Positions 28,452 to 38,375 are shown, counted from the first letter of the stretch. The stretch is DNA of 64,000 nt from Candidatus Culexmicrobium cathedralense (GCA_025061115.1 JANZKC010000002.1:320001-384000), one strand, 5' to 3'. Translations and numbers: made by a program. The notes: generated by a model not told the origin, from the letters alone.

Positions 28452-29243
28452 ATGAGCGCAATTCAAGAGCTAAAAAACGAGATATCGAAAACCCAAATCA
28501 TAATGCTAGTTGGAGGAAAGGGAAAACGATTAGGATACCCAAACATCCCCAAAGCACTAATCGAAGTTGCAGGAAAAACTCTCATCGAAAGAGAAATTGA
28601 GCTATATAGAGACTGCGGCTTCAAGAAATTCAAACTTCTAATCGGCCACCTAGGCGAGAAAATAATTAATTACATAGGAGACGGGTCAAAGCTGGGAGTA
28701 GAAGTAGAGTATGCGGAAGACCCTAAAATAGCAAATGTCGGAAAAGGAAAAGCTCTCAAACACGCAATTGAAATCGGAGTCATAGAGGCAAATTCAAGAG
28801 GAATAATAACTTTTCCAGACGACCTAAAGCTAGACAAGTTCCTACCACTAAAACTCATGGCCCACCACCTTTACGGAGTTGAAGAACTCGACATATGGGC
28901 GACAACCCTACTAGTGACATCCACAACGTACCCATATGGAGTAGCAAAGGTAAATCCAAATGGAATAGTTGAAGAATTCGTTGAAAAACCAAAAATTTCA
29001 ATGTTCACCCACGTAGGAGTATGCGTAGTCGAACCTCAAGTCTACAAATTAATAGATGATGCAATTGACATGCAGGCGCCCGAAGCAATTGAATATGAAG
29101 CAGTGATTCTACCTAAACTAGCAAGAGAGAAGAAGCTTTTCAGCATGACAATACCCGGCGACGATAGAAGCATTTGGATTCCAATAAACACTAGAAAGGA
29201 ACTTGAAATTGCTGAGAAAAAGTTAAGATTAAAAGGTAGGTAA
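28452..29243 (+). CDS. Sugar-phosphate nucleotidyltransferase (NTP_transferase family)
   Basis: LVGGKGKRL...PKAL, GDGSKLGV, YGV......VEEFVEKP. Confidence 0.85.
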   Translation: MSAIQELKNEISKTQIIMLVGGKGKRLGYPNIPKALIEVAGKTLIEREIELYRDCGFKKFKLLIGHLGEKIINYIGDGSKLGVEVEYAEDPKIANVGKGKALKHAIEIGVIEANSRGIITFPDDLKLDKFLPLKLMAHHLYGVEELDIWATTLLVTSTTYPYGVAKVNPNGIVEEFVEKPKISMFTHVGVCVVEPQVYKLIDDAIDMQAPEAIEYEAVILPKLAREKKLFSMTIPGDDRSIWIPINTRKELEIAEKKLRLKGR

Positions 29244-29401
29244 TAGAGGCGAAAAACAACAAATGGCTAAAAAGCAATTCACCACTTGACAATTAGCCGT
29301 AAAGCTTCTCCCCAGCCAATATTTGAAAATCACGGTTTCCTAGCTTAAGAGAGAATTAAAGCCTGCAGGGAAATAGAAAGCCCCTGGCTGAAAACTTCCC
29401 A

Positions 29402-30019
29402 TTATTTGAAAGATTCTATGCCAGGAAATCTTCGCTTCACAACATTGTAGATAAGTATTCCAGGGACGATTGTGAGAATCACATGAATGCTATTGTAAAT
29501 TCCAGTGAAAATTAAAGTCCAAGTCAAAGTTTGACCAGAGTCTAAGGGGTGACCAAAAAATTGCTGCAACAAATAAGTTGCGTAATCCAAGTATGCTGGA
29601 GCTATGAGCAAAAGAACTACGATATTGAAGATCGACATTACCACCACCCTCAAAACACCTCCAGCAAGACAGCAAGCAATTACATAAGCTCTAAAATTAG
29701 GATTCTTAGCAATCCTCCTACCCACACTTGAAGCCACCCAAAAGCCAGCCAGCATCGAAGCTACAGCAGCAAATTTCATGGTTGGACCAAGGACGTCGCC
29801 AGCCCTATAAATTAGAAAAAGCCAATGGATCACAGCCGTAGTAAAACCTGAAAATGGATTAACCAGGAAAAATGCAATTACGCTTGGAATTTCAGCGAAG
29901 TCAAACTTCAAATATGGAAGGACAGGATAAACAACTTCAAGCCTAGAGATAGTTATAACTATCGCCAAAGCAGCTAAAATAGCCGTAAGCGTTACAGCCA
30001 CACTGCTGCGCATGCTCAC
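29402..30019 (-). CDS. ECF transporter S component (RibU-like)
   Basis: YPVLPYLKFDFAEIP motif, about 6 TM segments. Confidence 0.82.
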   Translation of the reverse strand: MSMRSSVAVTLTAILAALAIVITISRLEVVYPVLPYLKFDFAEIPSVIAFFLVNPFSGFTTAVIHWLFLIYRAGDVLGPTMKFAAVASMLAGFWVASSVGRRIAKNPNFRAYVIACCLAGGVLRVVVMSIFNIVVLLLIAPAYLDYATYLLQQFFGHPLDSGQTLTWTLIFTGIYNSIHVILTIVPGILIYNVVKRRFPGIESFK

Positions 30020-30059
30020 ACCCGCTCACTAAACGCAGAATCAGCAATATAAGCATTAC

Positions 30060-30091
30060 CATTTTTGAGTATTTACTCAAAAATGAGTAAA
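30060..30091. promoter_or_regulatory. Overlapping inverted repeats, candidate transcription factor operator (RbkR-like)
   Basis: CATTTTTGAGTA-TT-TACTCAAAAATG (30060-30085) overlaps TTTACTCA-AAAA-TGAGTAAA (30072-30091); lies just upstream of the minus-strand TATA-like CTTATATT of the S gene. Confidence 0.7.
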
Positions 30092-30141
30092 ATACAACTC
30101 CTATTTATGCTATAAGTTGAAAGTAATAATGGGGAAACAAG

Positions 30142-30651
30142 ATGGTGATAATTCGAGAATTTAACAATGAAGACTTGGAAGATGTGAAGCTATTCGCCCT
30201 ATTAGCTCAAAAAAGGGAAAGCACTTACAATCCAAACCTCAAAACTGATGAAGAGGCTTATAACTTCCTACATGCATGGCTGAGAGAAAGCATATCCACC
30301 GGCGGAAAAATATTCGTAGCTGAAGAGCAAGGAGAAAACGTAGGATTTGCATGGGGTTGGATTATTCGCAAACCCTCAGAGCTATATAAAGTAGAGCGCA
30401 TCGGCTATATCTACCAAGTCTACGTTAAGGAAGAGAAGAAAAGAGAGATAAGGGAAAAGCTTCTTTCAGAGCTAATTAGGTACTTCAAGGAAAAAAGGAT
30501 AAAGCACGTTATTGCAGACTGCTACGCAAATGACCTTGAAACCATTAAATTATATGAAAAATTCGGATTTAGACCCCAAGCACTAACGCTGATGAGGAGG
30601 CTTAAAAATGATGGAGAAGAAGCTACATCTGGCAACGTTCGACCGTTATGA
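30142..30651 (+). CDS. GNAT family N-acetyltransferase
   Basis: IFVAE...VGF, GYIYQVYV, N...IKLYEKFGF; the AcCoA motif is degenerate (KKREIREKLL). Confidence 0.82.
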   Translation: MVIIREFNNEDLEDVKLFALLAQKRESTYNPNLKTDEEAYNFLHAWLRESISTGGKIFVAEEQGENVGFAWGWIIRKPSELYKVERIGYIYQVYVKEEKKREIREKLLSELIRYFKEKRIKHVIADCYANDLETIKLYEKFGFRPQALTLMRRLKNDGEEATSGNVRPL

Positions 30652-31366
30652 TAGGCAATTAAAAATATTAGGAATTGAGGGACAGCGAAAGCTGATGAAA
30701 GCCAAAGTCATGATAGCTGGAGTCGGTGGATTAGGATGCGTTTCAGCAATCCTCCTTGCGGTAGCTGGAATTGGAAAATTAGTGCTAGTTGACAAGGGAA
30801 AAGTAGAAATGAGCAACTTAAACAGACAAATACTATACACTCCAAAAGACGTAGGGAAGTTCAAAGCACCAATCGCCGCAAGAGCAATCAAAAAGTTAAA
30901 TCCAAACGTGGAAGTCGAACATGTAATAGCTGAAATCAACGAAGATAATGTTGATGATCTTACTAGAAATGTGGATTTAGTTGTAGATGGAATGGACAAT
31001 TACGAAGGAAGATTTCTGCTCAATAAAACCTGCATAAAATTTGGAAAACCATTCATTCATGGTGCAATTCACGGATTTATGGGACAGCTAATGACCATAA
31101 TCCCAAATAAGGGGCCTTGCCTTCAATGCATCATACCAACATACCCGCCCAAACCCGACACAATTCCAGTTCTATCAGCCACACCTTCAGTCATAGCTAG
31201 CTTGGAAGCCATGGAAGCGATAAAGGTTATCACTGGAGTTGGGGAGCCAGCATTAGGAAAATTAATGGTTTTTGATGGAGAGAAAATGAAGTTCTATGAA
31301 ATAAGAGCTGTTAAAAATCCTAACTGCCCAATTTGCGGAAAAAATAGTGGAAAGGAAATCACTTAG
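30608..31366 (+). CDS. ThiF/MoeB/HesA (E1-like) adenylyltransferase
   Basis: RYDRQ, GVGGLG, SNLNRQ, DGMDN, two CxxC motifs (CLQC, CPIC). Confidence 0.93.
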   Translation: MMEKKLHLATFDRYDRQLKILGIEGQRKLMKAKVMIAGVGGLGCVSAILLAVAGIGKLVLVDKGKVEMSNLNRQILYTPKDVGKFKAPIAARAIKKLNPNVEVEHVIAEINEDNVDDLTRNVDLVVDGMDNYEGRFLLNKTCIKFGKPFIHGAIHGFMGQLMTIIPNKGPCLQCIIPTYPPKPDTIPVLSATPSVIASLEAMEAIKVITGVGEPALGKLMVFDGEKMKFYEIRAVKNPNCPICGKNSGKEIT

Positions 31367-31712
31367 TAGTTATTGTGTAGTAGCAGCCAAGCGGCTTTAG
31401 TGCCTCATCAATCTTAGCAATGAGCTTCTGAAGCTCTTCAAAAGTTGGAGGTCTAGCCCACTCAAAGTAGAAGTCGAAGTCACCAAGCGTCCAACCACTC
31501 TTACTAATAAGCTTCTCCACACGCACCTGCGCCTCATCAACCGGTATGTTAAGAGTTTCTGCAGCATAGTCAGCTAGAGGAATAGCAGTTCCACCCAAAA
31601 AGTCGTAGAATGTAACTTCTGGAAACTCCTTAGAAATCTCAACTGCAGCTTTCTCAAGAGCTTTAAGTGCTTCTAGAATTGGCGGCCCATAAATTTTAAT
31701 GTAAGTCTTCAT
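31359..31712 (-). CDS. Hypothetical protein, intact paralog A (117 aa)
   Basis: MKTYIKIYGPP...KLISKSG..LGDFDFYFEW...GC.YTITTK; coding status supported by the adjacent paralog. Confidence 0.85.
   Translation of the reverse strand: MKTYIKIYGPPILEALKALEKAAVEISKEFPEVTFYDFLGGTAIPLADYAAETLNIPVDEAQVRVEKLISKSGWTLGDFDFYFEWARPPTFEELQKLIAKIDEALKPLGCYYTITTK
31455..31514. repeat. 60-bp perfect direct repeat, second copy at 31937-31996
   Basis: agcccactcaaagtagaagtcgaagtcaccaagcgtccaaccactcttactaataagctt is identical in both paralogs. Confidence 0.9.
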
Positions 31713-31840
31713 AGCAATTCCCAAAAGTTTTATCTCAAGCCAGCGATATTAATGTTATGTTGCTTAGAAAGCATGAGCGAAGTTCATCTAACTATAACTC
31801 AAACGATAATTTAAGTAAAAAGAAGAAAAACGGAATTAAG

Positions 31841-32193
31841 CTACTTTGTAGTTATAGTGTATTTGCAACCTAAAGTCTTCATCACTTCATCAATTTTAGA
31901 GATCAACTTTTGAAGCTGCTTAATTGTAGGTTGAGAAGCCCACTCAAAGTAGAAGTCGAAGTCACCAAGCGTCCAACCACTCTTACTAATAAGCTTTTGA
32001 CAATAAATTTTAGCGTCACTCATTGAAAGCCCAATAATATCCGCAGTTATTTCAGCTAAAGGTATAGCGCTTCCACCAGAAACGTCATAAAACCAAATTT
32101 CCGGTATCTCCTTTGAAATTTCCACTGCCACTTTTCCAAAGCCTTTATTGCTTCCATAACTGGAGGACCATAAATTTTAATGTAGGTTTTCAT
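31841..32193 (-). pseudogene. Paralog B of the same hypothetical protein with a 1-nt frameshift near 32132-32136
   Basis: ATG 32193 gives MKTYIKIYGPPVMEAIKALEK; homology continues in another frame (VAVEISKE...); 353 nt versus 354 nt for paralog A. Confidence 0.8.
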
Positions 32194-32337
32194 AGCACTC
32201 TCCAATTGATTATAAGATTTTATAAGTATTCAAATTTTGAGCATAAAAACTTACATTTTAAATCGAAATAATAACGCAGCAAATACGCTAAAAATAATGC
32301 GCTAAACCCTATATTAACCAAGACCACATATAAGTTA

Positions 32338-34149
32338 ATGATGAAAACGACTTCAGGAATCCCATATAGAAGCAAGCTTCATGAAGTTCTAGACGACCTA
32401 ATTTTAACCGCAACTGGAAAAATAAAGGCGGACCTAGTCATAAGAAATGGAAAGTTAGTGAACGTATATACTGGCGAAATTCTTGAGGAATTTGACGTCG
32501 CAGTTAAGGGCGACAGAATAGCATTAATTGGAGATGCAGCCCACACCATTGGACCACAAACCAAAATCATTGATGCCTCAGGCAAATTCATCGTACCTGG
32601 ACTTCTAGATGGCCACATCCATATTGAAAGCACAATGCTAACACTAACGGAATTTGCTAAAGCAGTTCTACCAAGAGGAACCACAGGCGTATTCATCGAT
32701 CCTCATGAAATAGCAAATGTGCTAGGCGTGAAGGGCGTCAAGCTAATGGCAGAGGAAGCCAAAGCACTACCACTAAAGGTATTCATATGCATCCCCTCAT
32801 GCGTTCCAGCTACAAGCCCAGAATTCGAAACTGCAGGAGCAGAGATAACAGCCGAAGACATTGAAAAAATGCTGAAATGGAGTGAAGTTATAGGGCTGGC
32901 CGAAGTGATGAACTACCCAGGAGTCATAGAGGGAGATGAACGCATCTTAAGCAAAATTCGAGCTACACTTAGAGCCGGAAAAGTCATTGAAGGCCATGCC
33001 CCAAAACTTCTAGGCGCAAAGCTATGCGCCTATGCAGCCTCCGGAATATCGTCATGCCATGAGACTACAAGCAGAAATGAAGGCCTCGAGAAGTTGAGAA
33101 CAGGATTAACCCTAATGATTAGAGAGGGATCAGCATGGAAAGACCTAGCAGAAGTCATCAAAGTGATTACTAAAGATAAGTTAGATTCGAGAAGAGTAGT
33201 CCTAGTTACAGATGATAAGCACCCAGAAGACCTGATAAAAGAAGGACACGTCGACCACCTCATTCGAAGAGCTATTGAAGAAGGAGTGGATCCAGTAACA
33301 GCAATACAAATGGCGACGATAAACGTAGCTGAGCACTACAACCTCGACATGCACATAGGAGGAATAGCTCCCCCAAGATATGCAGACATACTAATAGTCG
33401 ATGACCTAAAGAAATTCAAGGTTTCCAAGGTCATTGCAGATGGAAAACTGATAGCTGAAAATGGCAAATTAACGATCAAAATCTCCAAATACAAATATCC
33501 GAGCTACTCTACGAAAACCATCAAAGTGAAGAGAAAAGCCTTACCTGATGACTTTAAAATCAAGGTTAATGAACGCGGGAAAGTAAAAGTTAGAGTCATT
33601 GAAGTCCAAGAGGAAAGCGCATTAACAAAGCAAAGAATTGAAGAGTTAAATGTCCAAAATGGAGAAGTTAAAGTCGACATTGAAAAAGACATAGTTAAAA
33701 TCAGCGTTATTGAAAGACATAAGGCTACTGGAAACATTAGCGTAGGATTCGTTAAGGGATTCAACTTGAAGCACGGTGCAGCAGCATCAACAGTAGCCCA
33801 CGACAGCCACAACATAATAGTTGTAGGTGCATCCGAAAAGGACATGGCAGTAGCGGTGAACAAGCTAATAGAAGCTGGCGGAGGAATGATAGCAGTTTTA
33901 GGTGGAGAAGTGCTGGCAATGGTAGAACTGCCAATAGCAGGGCTAATGAGCAATGAGGAAGCTGAGGTACTAGCCGAAAAAATTGAAAAGCTAAATGATG
34001 CTTGGAGAAAGCTCGGCTGCAAAATGAAGTCACCATACATGACGATGTCAATACTAGCCCTACCAGTAATTCCAGAGCTAAGAATCACAGATAAAGGACT
34101 TGTAGACGTAAATGAGTTTAAGATCGTTGATGTCCTAGTGAACCAATAA
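32338..34149 (+). CDS. ade: Adenine deaminase (AdeC type)
   Basis: PGLLDGHIHIEST, DPHEIANV, AEVMNYPG, GHAP, IREGSA, TDDKH, TVAHDSHN, LPIAGLMS, LPVIPELRITDKG. Confidence 0.96.
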   Translation: MMKTTSGIPYRSKLHEVLDDLILTATGKIKADLVIRNGKLVNVYTGEILEEFDVAVKGDRIALIGDAAHTIGPQTKIIDASGKFIVPGLLDGHIHIESTMLTLTEFAKAVLPRGTTGVFIDPHEIANVLGVKGVKLMAEEAKALPLKVFICIPSCVPATSPEFETAGAEITAEDIEKMLKWSEVIGLAEVMNYPGVIEGDERILSKIRATLRAGKVIEGHAPKLLGAKLCAYAASGISSCHETTSRNEGLEKLRTGLTLMIREGSAWKDLAEVIKVITKDKLDSRRVVLVTDDKHPEDLIKEGHVDHLIRRAIEEGVDPVTAIQMATINVAEHYNLDMHIGGIAPPRYADILIVDDLKKFKVSKVIADGKLIAENGKLTIKISKYKYPSYSTKTIKVKRKALPDDFKIKVNERGKVKVRVIEVQEESALTKQRIEELNVQNGEVKVDIEKDIVKISVIERHKATGNISVGFVKGFNLKHGAAASTVAHDSHNIIVVGASEKDMAVAVNKLIEAGGGMIAVLGGEVLAMVELPIAGLMSNEEAEVLAEKIEKLNDAWRKLGCKMKSPYMTMSILALPVIPELRITDKGLVDVNEFKIVDVLVNQ

Positions 34150-34523
34150 GCTTACTGAAAAGGTGACTTCCAATAAAGGTGAGAATATAGCAGTAAAGAA
34201 CCGCCATGACTGGAACCGCAACAAAGAGCTGTAAATAGTATTGGACTTTCCAGCATCCACCAATATTAGTGGGAAAAGCAGGAAAATTAACTCAAACCTC
34301 TCTCGCCCCATGCTGAATCTGGATTTTTTCAGTGGATTGTAGAACTTCTCATCAAGATCCAATTGTTCTGCCAACTCGACATTCAGCCTATAAACTTTAA
34401 CTTCACCGCAACTCTATACCTCCAAAAACAATGCTTGAATATTAATTGCTGAATAAATAAATGGAAAACTTACACGCTCAACTTTACTTCCAATTCTAAA
34501 TATCAACTCAAGCTGATACTCCC

Positions 34524-36123
34524 TCAAGAAAGCTTAGGAGGGAAGCTGCCAAACCAACCATTAAAACTAACTTTAACGAGCTTTGAAGAATACACCACTA
34601 CTCCTCTTCTCCTGATAGCGAATTCAATACTTGAAATTGGAACTCTCTCAATAACCACAATCTCAGTTGAACTCGTTACGTCATTAGCCTTTGGCGAAAC
34701 CACTATTGCAAATGGAGTTACAACTTTAGATGGATTTAAAACTCGATACATTGGATCGCTAGGAAGCAAGAGTAAGTATGTGGGCCTACCACTAGCTTTC
34801 TCGTATGAAAGCATTGTGCCAGCCATGCATAGAGGATTAACTGGAATGTAGTAGCCAGTTTCATTTAGCATGACTTTAGCATCATACCTCGTATAAAGTG
34901 GAATATAATACACAATTCGCATGTTCGCAAGGAATAGGGCATTATCCTCAAAGGAGCCATCCATACTCTTAACTGCAAGAATAACCTCCTCAGAAACCCC
35001 TGACCTAACCATGAAGACTTGAGCTAAGTAAGTTGGAGCTAAAATGGCAATTATTAAGCTTAAAAATATGCTTGCAGCTATAAATCGACTTAAACGCCAA
35101 CTGGGCGCAATGGCATCAGCAGGAAAGCCCCTGCAACGCCAATGCATGCCGCATAAAATGGAAATCCAGTAAGGATTAAACAAATATCCCACGAGCCAGG
35201 GGCAACTGCAGACATTATGAAAGTAGACAATAGTGAAAGCAGAAGAAGAGAAATATCACTAGTGCGAGAAAGCAGCAGCACCAAAATCACCATTAAAAAC
35301 AAACCTATCAAATGCTCGTAGCTACCCCTTAACTTTAAATAAAACCCGAAGAGGGGACTCCGCACCGCCACCCACATAGCTTATCGCCTTACCCACATCA
35401 ATAGAAGTATACTCAGCACTATAGTACAGCGAAACGAAGTCTGCAATGAAGAACGCAGAAATCATCATCAAAGCTGAAAGCACAGCATAAGCAAGCAACA
35501 AAAGGACATCCAAATATCTTCGCTCCCAAATCCACTTAAAAAAAAGTACAGCGTAATTGAAACAAGAATTGAGGCAGTGAGCCCAGCTGTGGAGGTATGA
35601 GAAAAAGCAACGAGGCAGCTGAATAGGGAGGCTATCAGAATTTTTCGCCTGTCCATAAACTTCAACCCAATGAAATAATTTGCAACAGCAATCGGCATAA
35701 AAGCAACAGCAGCTGAATTCTTAAGCAAATGCTCGGCCATTCTAAAGCTAAACGATGAAAATGCAACTGCAAGAGATGCAAGTAATCCATCAATACTCCT
35801 ACCCCTAATGGACTTAGCAAAGTAAAAAGTGGATAAGGCAGAATCAGCTGCAAAAAGGGAAGCTGCAATTTTAACTGCAAGGGTGGCATCGCAAACTATG
35901 AAGTTTATCAAAGCTGCAACTGCAAAGCCGAGTATCGGAGCGTCGAAGTAAAGCACCCTCTCTCGCAAAGAAACTTGACTTGAAGGCTATTGTAAGGAGA
36001 ATCTGGAAGGGGAAAAGGATATGGAGTAGAATTGAGTGGAATGAAGCGCAATAGGAAGCAAAATACCCCGAGGAGAATCAATAAGATGAAATGCATCGAT
36101 TCACTCAAACATCTGAACTTCAT
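34524..36123 (-). pseudogene. Fragmented polytopic membrane protein, GT-C/ArnT-like glycosyltransferase
   Basis: Five overlapping hydrophobic fragments in shifting frames (35908-36123, 35468-35968, 35322-35513, 35090-35377, 34524-35192) join into LLRFIP...PDSPY...QV...G.LYFDAP...LLKN...FSHTST; remnant may extend to about 34150. Confidence 0.72.
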
Positions 36124-36339
36124 TAACTAGTGTTAATGCCCATGCACCATATATATCTGAAATACACCAATCGTGCATTTCAATTAATGATGCTCTACAC
36201 CTCAAAACTGAGCATAAGGGTAATGGAAAATTAGCGCAAACTAAAATGCAACAACTACTAAAGTTGTAATGCTTAAGAATTAAGATGCCAAGCAAGCAAA
36301 ATTAAAGGCTTCTAGTGAATAAAAAAGATATACTTAAAA

Positions 36340-36798
36340 TCACCTATTTGACAACCTAAACCTTCTTATCATAACTCCAGCTTGCTCTAGCAATTGCCTT
36401 GAAATGGGATCTTCATACTCACTATCGTAAACAACCTCCTTAATCTCCGCGTTTATAATAATTTTTGCACATATGGAACACGGAAAGTCTGTTACGTAAA
36501 GGGTAGCACCCCTCGTGCTAACTCCAAATACAGCTGCCTGAATTATGGCATTTTGTTCCGCATGAACACCTCGACAGATTTCATGCCTCTGGCCAGACGG
36601 TACGTTGAGCTGCTGCCTAAGGCAACCAACCTCAGCACAGTGAGGCAAACCCTTAGGTGCACCATTGTAACCAGTAGATAGAATGTGTCTATCCTTAACT
36701 AGAACTGCGCCAACCTTTCTTCTCAAGCATGTAGACCTTTCCTTGACTATATGGGCTATCTTCATGAAGTATTCGTCCCACGAAGGCCTCTTAGACAC
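36340..36798 (-). CDS. dCMP deaminase (ComEB family)
   Basis: [37 protein letters not shown]. Confidence 0.93.
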   Translation of the reverse strand: MSKRPSWDEYFMKIAHIVKERSTCLRRKVGAVLVKDRHILSTGYNGAPKGLPHCAEVGCLRQQLNVPSGQRHEICRGVHAEQNAIIQAAVFGVSTRGATLYVTDFPCSICAKIIINAEIKEVVYDSEYEDPISRQLLEQAGVMIRRFRLSNR

Positions 36799-36848
36799 AC
36801 CGCACCACCAATTGCGATTCTCTGATTATGCTAGCATTAGCATTATAT

Positions 36849-37484
36849 TTATTTCGATAACAACGAACTTATAAAGCTAATAAAAGCAGATACTTGACTC
36901 TCAAAGTTGAAGTCGAACAATTCATCAACAAACATTTTGGCCATCGACTTAAGAACTTCATCTGCATTCCAGTAGAGGTATGCGAGCACAGTCCTAACTT
37001 CAGGGTACATCCTTTTCAGCAATTCAAAGTTCAGCATGGTAGACCTAAGGCGAGGTGCATCAACATCGATTTTAGCTTCAACTACGACAATAGGAACATT
37101 AACCGCACCCTCAATTCTCGATACGACAACGTCTAAAGCAGACCAATACTCGCAATCACCATACCTCCAAATTAGGAGCTTCTCATTCCATAAGATTTTA
37201 AAGCCCATTCCTTCAGGGTCCACCTTAGCTCTAATTAAATCGACAATATATTCTTCAAAGCTAAATGCTCTAAACTGCCCAATCATTTGGGGCATCCCTT
37301 TAAGCACCTGCATAATCCTGTCCTTCCACTTACTTTGAATGGATTCGATGAATACCAGAAAATCCTTGAGATCAAGCGTTTCCTTCCACTTAAAGTACAA
37401 TTTTAACAATTCTTCCCCAGCCTCAACGCCTCCACTATGGCTCAACAGCCTTTTTATGTAGTCTAAAGCCCTAGTCCTTCTCAA
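36849..37484 (-). CDS. Putative PD-(D/E)xK nuclease-fold protein
   Basis: FSFEEY ... LDVVV ... VVEAKIDVD pattern. Confidence 0.6.
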   Translation of the reverse strand: MRRTRALDYIKRLLSHSGGVEAGEELLKLYFKWKETLDLKDFLVFIESIQSKWKDRIMQVLKGMPQMIGQFRAFSFEEYIVDLIRAKVDPEGMGFKILWNEKLLIWRYGDCEYWSALDVVVSRIEGAVNVPIVVVEAKIDVDAPRLRSTMLNFELLKRMYPEVRTVLAYLYWNADEVLKSMAKMFVDELFDFNFESQVSAFISFISSLLSK

Positions 37485-37585
37485 GCCAAGTGCACCACGC
37501 TACTGAAATACATACAGCCAATTAAAACTAGTCGACCACAAAATTTTTAGAGTTAGGGTAGTAGGTTTGTTTAGGAGGCGCAGGT

Positions 37586-37762
37586 GTGAAGTGCCCATTC
37601 CTTTTAGATGGCAAATATTGTAGAATTAAGGGTTGGAAAATCAGCGGCGACAGGATTTTTATCTGCTTGAAGGGAGGTAACCGCTGCCCATACAAGTTGC
37701 GGTATCTGGCAAATGAGGGATATAGGGCTGGCCCTGAAATAATGTGGGCAGTTGAAAGGTAG
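37586..37762 (+). CDS. 58-aa four-cysteine microprotein (absent from ORF track)
   Basis: AGGAGG SD at 37573-37578, GTG start; MKCPFLLDGKYCRIKGWKISGDRIFICLKGGNRCPYKLRYLANEGYRAGPEIMWAVER; stop abuts the convergent hxlB stop. Confidence 0.7.
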   Translation: MKCPFLLDGKYCRIKGWKISGDRIFICLKGGNRCPYKLRYLANEGYRAGPEIMWAVER

Positions 37763-37763
37763 C

Positions 37764-38375
37764 TTATGGACCCTCAATTGTCGCATGCCTAGCTTTTAAG
37801 TCTTCTTCGGTCTTCCCCAGCCTATGCATTAATTCCACAATTATCGACTCGAGAAATACCATTGCAGATATTTCAAATAAGGTGCCTAAGGGAGCCACCG
37901 GCTCATGTATGCCGAGAATTTGCCTTGAAAAGTAATCGGTTTCTTCAGAAATTTTCGTTCTGCCTGGTACAAATACTACATGGTCAGCAAGCTTCCCTAA
38001 TGGTGAGTCTGGATGAGAAGTGATAGCAATAACCCTAGCTCCAACTTGCTTTGCAACTTGAGCCACAGTCACAACTATTCCAGTTCTTCCTGAACCCGAA
38101 ATTGCAATTAGAACATCTCCCCTACCAGCTGCAGGAGTAATTGTCTCACCTATTACGTATACGTGAAAGCCTAAGTGCATGAGACGCATGGCAAAAGCTC
38201 TAGCAATTAACCCTGACCGGCCGGCTCCAGCGACAAATATAGAGCGATTACCAGCTTGCGCATAAATAAGCATGTCAATCATCTTCTCAACTTGGTCGTA
38301 ATTCAGCATTGACGGTAGCTTAGAAATGTAAGCAGCAATTTTATTAAGACATTCCCGAACAGCTTGAAGAGCCAA
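37764..38375 (-). CDS. hxlB: 6-phospho-3-hexuloisomerase
   Basis: GAGRSGL, FAMRLMHLG, GETITP, ISGSG.T, APLGTLFE, RHATIE. Confidence 0.95.
   Translation of the reverse strand: MALQAVRECLNKIAAYISKLPSMLNYDQVEKMIDMLIYAQAGNRSIFVAGAGRSGLIARAFAMRLMHLGFHVYVIGETITPAAGRGDVLIAISGSGRTGIVVTVAQVAKQVGARVIAITSHPDSPLGKLADHVVFVPGRTKISEETDYFSRQILGIHEPVAPLGTLFEISAMVFLESIIVELMHRLGKTEEDLKARHATIEGP

Noticed and set aside
31359-32193. Small paralogs as ubiquitin-like substrates of the adjacent ThiF
   Set aside because: Convergent orientation and C-termini end in TTK, not Gly-Gly
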